The notes under the pieces were generated by a model. It was given only the letters and a program-made list of their open reading frames with translations, did no database searches and was not told the DNA's origin. A stretch of DNA of 47,745 nucleotides, counting the filler, from Trypethelium eluteriae (Eukaryota): NCBI GenBank assembly GCA_051942245.1. It is 2 parts of 2 records of this genome, joined end to end, with 100 filler letters (N's around TTAATTAATTAA, not from the genome) between each part and the next. Parts side by side here need not be neighbours in the genome. Positions count along the whole stretch, not along the records: positions 23,943 to 47,745 come from JAVECL010000415.1; 1 more part is not named here. One strand, given 5' to 3'. Made by a program: the position numbers and the translations under genes. Below, in pieces: positions 25,261 to 35,808 of this stretch. Within the stretch, counting starts at the first letter, position 1. The number at the start of each line of letters is the position of its first letter.

Positions 25261-27993
25261 TTCTTCAACAATTGGTAGAGCGTAGCATTCAAGCCCACAA
25301 CCGAGGCGTAGTATAGTGCTTGCGGCGGTTTCACCCTGTTTATGGACACTTGATGCCATGGATTGTCGGGATGATAGAGATTGTAGCAGTTAATATATGG
25401 TTGTTCTTGCTGGAGAAAGAAATTCAGGATAAGCTCCTGTAGAATCTCGTCTTCCTGTTGAGCGATGGCGTGGGTCATCCAATATTGAGCGCAGTACTGG
25501 GCAAAGGGAAACAATATTCTAAGTTCTCCGGGGGAAATTGGGTCGCGTAGATGCATGAGATATACAAGACAAACTTTTGACAGCGACTTCCTTGCAGTAG
25601 TCTCTTCGAGATGACGATATATATTATCCGTAAGCGGACTCGAGGTGAGATACTCCTTAACTGAGAAGTGTGCTAATCGAAGCTCGTTAATCTCTTGATC
25701 AAATCGGGGATCCTGTACTGTAATAAGAATTACTAAACTCGAGCAATACCTTACTATTTCTCTTGGTTCTGGCATTCTGTTGATGGTATCAAACCCAGGA
25801 TAGGCTTCAGGCTCTACTGCTATCGCATCAACCGCCTCCTCAAGACGCAGCGGCCGCTCGGAGAAGGTTAAGAACTGAAGGATGCGGATCGTGATCTGTT
25901 CATACTCAGAAGGAATGTTTTCCAGAATTCGGATATAAGTCTCATCCAGAGTCTTCGGTAAGGAAGTTAGTGCTTTTTGAAGTGTTCGATACTCAAGGCA
26001 TTTTTCTAGAGCGTCAATCTGGCATGCAACCCACCGGAACCTTGAGTCTATCAGTATCTCTCTGAAGAGATCAGTAACAGTAGACCATAATCGTACATTC
26101 CATGAGCCTTCTCTATAAGCTGAGTCTCAATCTCCTTCTGAACTTCTGGACGGCTTCGCCATCTCTTAAGCCTATTGTCTTCCCTCACTCTCGCATTAAT
26201 ATATGCATGAATGTCATCAGAGATTAGGTCCGTGTTGATGGATATCATGTCTTTCTTGCGTATCTGATTTTCTAATTCGGCTTGAATGTCTTGTTCTTGA
26301 CGACTTGTCACAATTGTATGAACATTCAGTCGTTGGAGCTCTAGAAAGCCTCTGATCCATGCTAGTAATCCTTTAGTCCGAGTTCCTGTTCTAGTGGTGC
26401 ACTCGTCAAGGGCATCCAAGACTATCCAAACTCCGTCAGCCTGATTTATTGAGCGTAGGACAATCTCGCATAATAGCTCAGACTTAGGCTGTTGACGGCC
26501 ATCTTCACAAGACAAGAGTAGCATATCTATCTCTTTTTTAGTAGTCTCTAATCTTCCGTAGAGCTGACTGACGAGGGAGCGAATCATCTTATCAAGTGAC
26601 TGTTTGCTGGTATCGCTGAAATCGAAGTAGAAGTATAGGAGTAAATGAGACGAGAGGATATTTTTTTTTAGATCTTCGATAATTGTTGTACTAAGAATTG
26701 TTTTGCCACATCCGGGAATGCCGTGAAGCCACAGGAATGAACTCGATCGTGTCTTCCACTCGGTAAAAACCTCACTTTCTAGAAACCAACGGCCTGAGCC
26801 TTCATGGCGCTGTTCTAGGGCTTTATTATAATTCTCCGAGGGATCTGGTGGTTGCAACCATTGTTGAATCTTGTCTTGTCTATAGTCCGTGCGCGTGCCT
26901 GTGACACTAGCATTTATATCATGGACAAGAACATGCATGTCCTTTGTACTTTGTTCGACTTTACATTGTTAATAGAGTTACTCCCTATAATGTATAATAA
27001 CTAACCGGAAAAAATAGCCTCACTGATCTTCTTCTCGGCCTCCAACCTATTCGGAGGGATACGAATGAGGAGATCCTTAGCATAGGCAGCCGCCGCCATC
27101 GCTGCGAACCCCTGCCATATCTTATTCTTATGGGAGTCTGAATAATCGCATATGCCGCGAATGATCAGGCACGGAAAGTGGTTCATCAGCCCTGCTGCTT
27201 CCATCTCAAAGCACAGCACCTCTCTTTCCTTGGCGAGCGTATCCCGGATGCAAGCGTCCTTCATCAACTGATTTGCTGAGGCAATGAGGCCGTAATGAAC
27301 TGCTGGATTATCTTCATCTGTACGTTCATGCCGGTTGATTAGGTTTGACGGATCATCACCACAGATCGTTATGCAATCTATTTTTTCTTCGGAAGGATGT
27401 ATGACGCAAGATCGATACAACCTATCAGTACTTGATTCCGGTCGTTTGTACTTCTGCCGGAGTCTTTTATTGTTCTCAAGGATGTCGTTGATCGTACTAT
27501 TAATCTGGTGGCCCTTGGCCTCATACTGCGCCTTCAGTCCACTCACTGCCGTACGCAAGACGGTTGGTGGCTGGTTCAGAAACCGTGTATATCGGAAGCT
27601 CTGATCTTGTATAGATTTACCAAAGTCGTATTGGAATACACTGCCATGCTCCTCGCGAGCGGAGCTGACCACAACATCTCCAAGGCGGACGTCATGTGTT
27701 TGGCTCGGCACACCACCACCGATGCCGACCATTAGACCGATTCTGACGTTAGGAAAGCTATGAAGCATGTCTCTCGCAACGCTTGCCGCAGAGTCGGTCC
27801 CGTATTCTCCGTCAGGTAGGACAGCAATAACCACATTATGTTTGCTAATCTGGCCAAGCGTATAATTGTTGTTGTCGCATGGGGAGACGTATTCCGGTCC
27901 TTCGTGTGTTTCATCAAGAAATGCTTGCGCGGCGACATACTCGGTGCTAACGGCGCAAATCCAGCCGACGGTGTAGTCCTTAGGGTTCGACAT
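23943..27993 (-). CDS. Fungal NLR-like protein: PNP_UDP_1 effector, NACHT, ankyrin repeats; 3 exons, 3' end lost in the gap
   Basis: PNP domain [35 protein letters not shown] and [15 protein letters not shown]-loop GIPGCGKT, Walker [23 protein letters not shown] and [11 protein letters not shown]. Introns 26959-27005 and 26041-26096 keep the reading frame. At least 13 ankyrin repeats. Confidence 0.93.
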
Positions 27994-29182
27994 GCTTAAG
28001 GGCAGAGCCTCATAACTTTAGAGAGCCCATCACAGTTAGCTTGTTCGCCTAATCACACAGTGTTATAACAAGTCTGCACTCACCAGTTTGGGTCGAGGTG
28101 TATGTTAGATCTGAATAGCAAGGTCACCAGTACAGATGGTAGCCACAAGAAGAGGTGACAAGGCGAGATCTATTGCTTTACTTTGCTTTTTAAAGCCCAG
28201 CTTCAGCCTTGTGTAGTCGCGCTGTGAAGAACAACCCCAGCCGCTACTCTACAGTCCAGGGATCGGCTCACACAGCCACACAGCGCAAAGATGCCTAATG
28301 CATGAGCAAATTGGAGTACGCCAGCGCCCCGCTCTACAGAGGAACCCTCACAGAAGTTAAAAGCATAAAGTAATCTTACCGAACTTGGGCTTAATCAACG
28401 CTAATTCGCGATCGTATCTAAAGGCATCAAAATACTTCACCTACTTCAATTATTGAGTCGCTTGATCCGCTCACCAAAGGCACTGAGATGATGAAGCATT
28501 CGGCTCTGTTACTTCGCTCAGAAGTCGTCGACCTTTAGAAGGCGATGAGACCGTAACGTGACGTAAACAGCGTAGAAAGAAGCGGATCTGGAAGCGAGGG
28601 ACTTTGAGGAATAAGGCAGAATCTTGACTCGCACAAGTCAAAAAGATGGGAGTGCTTTATTAATACTTCTAATAAATGTTTTTGTGGCGGGTGCGGTAGA
28701 CCACTCGCGCAGTTCCCCCGTCAACTTTTTGTATGACGCGCTGCTGCCTCTATAACTTTCTATCGAGGACGTCATCCGCAAAGATCGCTCTATCAAGTTT
28801 TAAGTGAGACCTTGCGCTATCGGTGCATCTTAATCTCATCTCAAATTAGATTGTGGTCGATGCTGGACATTGATTTGAAAATGCTTCTCCTCCTCCCCTA
28901 GTCACGTGATTCTCAAATGGCTTCAACATTCAGTTGTTTACAACGATATCTCTCTCTCTCACCAACACCCTCTCCATCCTACGATCGTTTGGGATTCAAA
29001 GGCATCTATTATCCGCTATTATTAGTTCTTCTCGTCCTCTGTCCTTTATTGATGACATCTAATATGTCCTTCTCACATTGGAATTTCATCCAAGCCCCTT
29101 TCCCTTTACGTTAACGTTTGATCTGGCTTTCTCCCTCCCTTCTTCCCTCCCTCTCTCCCGTCCTCTCTCTTCCTCTGTCGTA

Positions 29183-31790
29183 ATGGTATCAACAAAACAG
29201 CGTATACACTTACAGAGGATCCGCTCCCAGCGGCGGCCGCTGCAAGAGCTAGATCTCAATCAACCACCACCAGGGCCATCCAACCGCTCTCAATTACAGC
29301 TGAAAGGGAAGGCGATAATGACTTGCCAAGTTCACACCCCTCTCATCTACTCCTCGAGCTCGTCCAGCGGGTTTGATGCGGAGGCGCTCCTGCACACCTT
29401 TTAGTTCAGTATCCAGAAATAGTCTTGACCCGACTGACACATTCCCTGCGACAGAGATACCAGAATCGACTTCATGGCCTACGTTATTATCGCGTTGCTT
29501 GTTGGTTGCAGGCCTGACGTCCTCAGCCGGCTCACCTATGCTCAATTTCGCTTGGCATATGTACGAGATCCTCGAGATCGGAGTTGAATGAGGCTTGTTG
29601 CTTTTATCGACTTGGAAAGGAACAAGCAGAGACGTGCTACACTGATAGCATGTAGGCCTAAGACATAAGGCTATGTCTGCTCATTTGCGCCTCGGTTCAA
29701 TACTCTGACTTGTCCCAAAGTATCCGATTTGCCGTCATTCTCGTTCCCTAGAAACCGCTGTCTCGCCAGCATCATCTTCTCTTGTACGGTCGCAAGGGAC
29801 GCCTTTAACGGAGTCACCTTCGAGTCTGCGGAAGCTCCGCTTCACCGTCCGAATCTCGAATACGCGGACTACATACTGTTACCTTGGAAGGAAGAGCTTT
29901 TGAAGCAGCTGCTTTTTGAAATAAGTTACAACATGTTCAATACGCTCTGGCGCCGGTGCTGTCTTGTCGCCGGGCTTCGGAGGAGCGAGTATCTCTATAC
30001 AGTTCGAGTTGGGGCCGCTTCCAGACTTGATGGCAAGTTTCCCTCCCTCTGCTCCTCCCGAGGCCTGTGTCTCTTTCGGTAAACCACTGACTCGATCCTC
30101 TTAGGGACTCCCTCTGACTGTTTGCGAAACTATGTATTGAATCAGTCAACTGCGGTTTTTGAGAGAAGCCACCAGGCGCAGAACGTACGTAAAGGCCTTG
30201 CAGGGCTGGCATTCAAGGACATGATCGGCTATGGCGACGACCAGCTGTTTGACGTCCTCCGCAACATGTCTTTGAAAAGGGATTCGGGAGCACCCATACA
30301 CGTCAGCAAAGAATATTTCAACCTCGTTGAGTCGTGCTCAGATATACAAGAGCTTGAAGAAACCAGTCATCAGGCCAGGGTCGCGGGTAACGATAAATCG
30401 GCTGAAAGACATTGACTCTCACGCTACGACCTTAAAGGCCATCTATCGAAGCTTATATTGACCATACAGCGAGAGGGGTACTTCAAGTAAGTCGATCATC
30501 TAAGGTGCAACAGGAAATCTACAGTTAGGGTGTCATTGAAACAGCCAAAACAGGCACCTGGTAGGGCGGGCATATTCACGTCTAACCAGCTGGCAGCTGA
30601 CCTTGCCCGGTTCATGCGGTACTTGCGGACTACGTGGGAAAGGGATCTAAAGGCCGCTCTTGGCGATGAGGTGGCGTCCGAGCGATATACGGAAGTCTAC
30701 ATTGGCCTCTTGGTCCGATTTCAAACCTGCCAACCTGGAGAGCCATAGATCCCTCCAGTCTGGGAAAAAGAGCAGCATGAGGCCGCCAGCGCCCAGGAGG
30801 CTGCATTGGTCTCGGACCGATTGGCTGCACATGATAGCACCCCAGCCCCACCCAAGACGGACGTCTATGAGCTGCCAGGCCAAACCCAACAGCATGGTAT
30901 GGAAGAAGCTGCTGTTACTGGGAAGCCTAGGTGCCTGTTCTGCCAATGCACCCTCTTTATTCGTAGTGGGCTCACGAGGCACTATCATCTGAAACACGTT
31001 AAGGAGGGATTATTTATCTCCCTATTCAAATGCCCGGAATGCTGTAGGGTAGATATGGAAGACGCTTGGATCAAGGCTAGGAAATCCGGATATTCCTCTC
31101 ACGTTAAAAGGGTGCACAGCAAGCTACACGCGCCTTTACTTCCCTCGCACCCTCCTGTTAGTGGTCGTGATGTAATCTGGTGTATCATCTGCGACAAGAC
31201 ATTTAAGTAGCGCAACGGTCTCACGCATCATTTCGAGAGACCTATGTCGAGAAGAAAAATCTGTTCGACAAGCCGTTTCTATGCCCAGAATGCGGTCGAA
31301 GTCGCGACGGTGACGGCGACGGCGACGGCGACGACAATGACGACAACGACGACGGCGAGAAGGAGGAGGGGCGGACGAGGAATGAGCGTGCTCTAATACA
31401 CGACGAAGTTGATGTTTGGATTGGGCACATCAGAGTATTTCACGGCAAGAGTGCGATCCAGGCACTTCCTGCGCGTCCCTTGGATACGTCCGAGCTTAAA
31501 CGAAAGCATGCATACAACGATCCTGGTGAGGCGATTATTAACCTCACCAGCATTACGGACGATTGTTGTAAAAGGGCAAGGACGTGCTGCCCCAAAGACG
31601 ACTTTGATTCTCGTTCTGGTACCGAAGACTATTACTATTTGGACGTGACAGAGGATTAGACGCCAGTCAGGGATGCGGAGATCAACATATGCAAATGGTC
31701 TCTAGGGCTGCTCCCCTATCCACATTATGTTCACTGGAATCCGACGCTCTCTGCAATATTGACCCTGTCCTTTTGTACAACTCTTTGTCC
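29183..31790 (+). pseudogene. Decayed DUF3435 tyrosine recombinase (Starship captain-like) with C-terminal C2H2 zinc fingers
   Basis: Manual translation across frames gives HIPCDRDTRIDFMAYVIIALLVGCRPDVLSRLTYAQFRLAYVRDP (GxRP box at 29504-29515), CLASIIF...RDAF, YTVRVGAASRLDG, LRNYVLNQSTAVFERSH and LRNMSLKRDSGAP. Zinc fingers CLFC...H...H, CPEC...H...H and CIIC follow. Many stops and frameshifts; the 3' end is approximate. Confidence 0.8.
31305..31357 (+). repeat. (GAC/GACGGC)n microsatellite encoding an Asp/Gly tract
   Basis: gacggtgacggcgacggcgacggcgacgacaatgacgacaacgacgacggc. Confidence 0.7.
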
Positions 31791-33093
31791 GTGCGTCTCT
31801 GAAGGTCATCTGCTTTTACTGGGACAGTTAAATCGCCGCGGTATAGGAATTTTTGAAGACAAGAACAATAGCGCACGAAATGAGATTGGGTGTTTCTGTC
31901 TCCCTGGAAGGGATGGAGCGAGGCTCGAGGCAGTAGCGATCAAACTTAGAGCTTTGGACGAGGTTTTTACAACATGGTTTATTTGTTTAAAATCATTGTC
32001 TCATCTTAATAACCAGTATAGTAGCACTGTCCCACGTATCTGAAAATTCAAGGCAATAGATTCAAGTATTTGGTAGTGCTCTGTTGCAGAGATTATATCC
32101 ATGCCTCTGCCCCATCGTCACCGACGTATTGCTGTACCTCATCTTGCTGTTCCCGTTACCCTTGTGCTCGTTGCCCCTGTGCTCGTTGCCCCGGCCGTCG
32201 CATGCCTATGTGATATACCTGGTCATCCGTGGTCAGAATAGGAAGGCGATGGTTTACGAGGACGTTGTGAAGGGTAAAGGCAATCGAGACGTGATGAAGG
32301 CTACCGTGCTCGAGGGCAGAAGGCAATGTGGACCGGAAAGGAAAGCTTTGCATTGAAGTCAGCGAACGCTGCAGGAATGCCAGAAAACTGGCTGTATATG
32401 GGGTACGTGTGTCAGTGTACCACAGCACCTGTTGCAGCATGATCTCGATGCGCGCTACGTCTGAGTTGATCGAATTTATCGGGGCTTCGAGATCGGGCAG
32501 CCTCTCGTAAATGATCCTATTGCGCAAGAATAGAGTTGAATCCGATGAATGATTATGAATCCAAAGATCGTCGTTCCCGTATGAGTGCCGTGGACTTTGT
32601 ATCCGATTCAAACGGAGTAAAGCACCTGCTACCTAAGCGAGAATTTCTTGCACTTGTCTGACTTGATTCACGCACCTCTGACATTGAAAGGTGATGCTTC
32701 CTCTGACCCAGTCTCAATCTCGAAAGGATCGATATTCTGTGTAAGCGAGCTTGTCCCAGCACGCTCCAGAAGATGTCCTGCGTTCAGCTGCTGATGTTCG
32801 AATTGTTTCCTTTGCTCTTTTCATTCTCAGTCGCCAATTGCATCGGCATCCAGTGAGATTACCATCGTAATAACTTTGACAGCTTTGCAGCCATGGTGAA
32901 CTACGTTGTGCAAAGTGTTGATTGATGGGTCAAATAAATTCACTGGAGACTTCGCCGCCGAACACCTCCGCCTTCCTGATGATGTTATATGATCAGGAAT
33001 AAGATTGCTCTTCTTAGCCCTACCTAACCCTCCTAAGCTTTATCGCGACCACTGTCCACTCTTCCCACCATCTCTACCTAGACCTTATCTGTT

Positions 33094-34427
33094 ATGAAGC
33101 CTAGAAGTATTTCTTAAATAGCGGTCTGGATCGACAGCGTCAGCACGTCTTAAGTTGGGTATAGTGCTCGTTTCCTGACCGCACTCAACGAGAGAGAACT
33201 AATTTGCGTTTTGTCCATTTAGCCCCCCCATTGCTTCCTGGACAGCCGACGATAAGGGAGCCTACAACCAGCCAGAAAACGTCATACCATGCAAGATGAT
33301 TTAGATCAAACGCCCTGTCCCTTAAAGCGGGTCCGTGACCTCAATGGCGTGCGTGGGTTTCCACCCTCTCCGACCAGGAGCGCCTTAAGCGCTATAGCAT
33401 CTGAAGCCTCCAAAGCTGAATTACATCAGAGTGGACGTTTCAGCCCAGTTAAACAACTCCAATTACTCGAAGACTTTGAAGAAAATCCTGTTGTCTTTTG
33501 CAACTTTGATGATGAGGAGGACGGGGAGGAGCCCGAAGACGTTACAACAATGCGTAAAACCACTCAGCAATTTGGAATTGGAATCTTAGGATATCCTGAC
33601 ATCAACACGGTCATTTCCGCGCTCCCACCAATAGACAAGATGTGATATCAGTATTCTTGGGCAAACGATCGGGAACAGCATTGCATGCTCGGTTCAATGC
33701 CTTCGACAGCGCAGATACTGGACATTGTAGAGACTGCACGGAAATATGATCGTAAATCGGGTGTCTCCGAAGACGAGTGGAACTCCGAGGTCCAGCATTC
33801 GCTCCTCAAACTCGCACGTAACACGTCTAAGCACCGGCAGACGCTTAACATTCACAATATGTAAGTCCTTATCGTTCTCTTAAATATCCATGCACTCAAG
33901 ATGATAGGAAAACAACTAGAATCAAACCTGCATCGCTCACACGCTCCACTCTTCCCGACCATGTGATCGATTATGTCGTCATGCTCAACCCAGACTCAAG
34001 TGCCAAGCAAGCCTAGCGCCACCTCCGCCTACTCTCAAATGCATCGATAAAGTCCTGGAACCACACAACTCACGCTCGTCACAATCCCATCGCTATTAAT
34101 ATTGAGACTAAAGGCCCTATGAAGTCATAGACAGACGGCAAGCCACAGATTGCGATATGGATAGATGCGTGGTTGAAACGTCTTGCCCTGATCCGCGGCA
34201 ATACCAGTGAGCAGTGGCCAGCACTTCCGCTGCTCATCGCCTAAGGCCATAACTGGCACTTCTTGATTATCTCAAAGAATAACTATAAATTGAACACTTG
34301 GGAACACATTGACATTAGAAGCACGAGATCGTGCTTTGATGCGATGAAAGTAGTAACGGTCCTTCACTGGCTTATGGATTGGGCTGAGAGAGTGTAGCGG
34401 CCATGGCTCTTGATATTGCCAATCTGA
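33094..34427 (+). pseudogene. Fungal PD-(D/E)XK nuclease-like gene, disabled
   Basis: SPVKQL, EDEWNSEVQHSLL, intron 33861-33907, VIDYVV, SWNHT, PIAINIETK, QIAIW, LPLLIA*GHNWHFL and LHWLMDWA. In-frame stops at 33643, 34014, 34128, 34242 and 34395. Confidence 0.8.
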
Positions 34428-35808
34428 GGTTGGTAGGACATATCCGCCGCCTGCCTTAACATCATCTTCATCCGCGCCCAAAGAATTCGTCCCGTCAGCG
34501 ACGCCTTGCTTGGAATATTCCAAAAGCATACAATTAGGGTGTTGGTACTACTCTCAAATAGTAGAATGGACAGAAACGCGCAGTAGAATGCAGTGCTGCT
34601 TAGCGCCGTGCTTACGTCCGGGTTTTGTCTAAGCTTCTAGAAAATGTCGAGGGTGGAACTGCTTTTTCATTAATCAAGTTTGGAGCTTCTACAACCACTC
34701 AAGAAGAAGGTCTGCTCAGCATCACAGTTCCTTGTTATACTGACAAAGCTAACTTCTGGATAGTTGCCCATCTCTTCTCGGTGCAGAATAGCGATGGAAG
34801 AGGTTACTAGGTGGTGACTTACTCTATGATGAAATCAGCATTGCTATACCTATCCACCTCACCGAATGCTCGGGATTGAGTGATGATGATCTCAACAAAC
34901 ATGTAATTTCTGGGGTTGAAAGATCACTTCCATCAGACACCAGTGACGCCACTTTATTTCTTCTCTTTCATCAGTAATTCCCAAAACTTGGCTTCTCTCC
35001 ACAATTAAACGACCGGCGACTGGCAGAATCGGACTTGGCGTTACGATGCCATGATCGTTGTTACATCTTGGGCTAGTGCTACCAATCGAGCTGAACGGAC
35101 ATACCGATGCTGAGCTGCGTACACTTTGGAATAACGTCGGTCCCTACGTTGCGGGACACCCCCCGAGGCGGGACAAACCGCAAGTACTTGGACTATGTGA
35201 CGATCTTGAGCTTGCATCCATTTCTGCGTTTCTGTATTGTTATATAAAAGGTATACAATAGTCACCCTTAGCCTTCTACAATGCTTCTAAACTCAAAATT
35301 ACATTTGCATTAACACCTCACCGTCCAGTGAGTTGCGAACCCCTCTCACTGCATAATTAAGTTTTAGAGACCACACCTCCACCGCAAAGCTTTTGTTAAT
35401 CGTGTTAAATATTATCAGCTTTTCTCCAAACTCTGCGAGTGCCGTTATGGTATCATTGATTCATTGTTAGCTTTATAGCAACTGTAGAAGACAAATTGAC
35501 GTTACAGCATTATATCCTCCAGTACCTCCGACCGATACGATTAACTTGCAGCTAGTGAAAAATAAGCCCTTGGTTTACATATAATAATTATGATGTAATG
35601 CACTTTATGCAGGCTATGTCAGCTTAGTGTAGCTAGCGAGCCTGTGGCTCGTCGGACATTATCTTGCACCTACCATTCGTGCTTATCATAAGGATCGAGG
35701 TAATTTGCAAATGGAAATCAACAATTCGATCCTTTGAAGTAACTTTTGATACAAGTAAGCTCTTCACATTAGACTGGTATGTCCTAAAATGTTTCTCTAT
35801 CTACAGAA

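Noticed and set aside
786..27993. Purine-themed cluster (5'-nucleotidase, Moco sulfurase, PNP domain)
   Set aside because: The genes are interspersed with unrelated ones, the PNP domain is an NLR effector and it lies across the artificial join.
28000..29180. Exact Starship left boundary or direct repeat
   Set aside because: Several TTAC-like words occur, but none can be validated without the other end or an empty-site allele.
34567..35261. Short coding-looking ORF pieces
   Set aside because: No recognisable motif and many stops; possibly a relic but unassignable.
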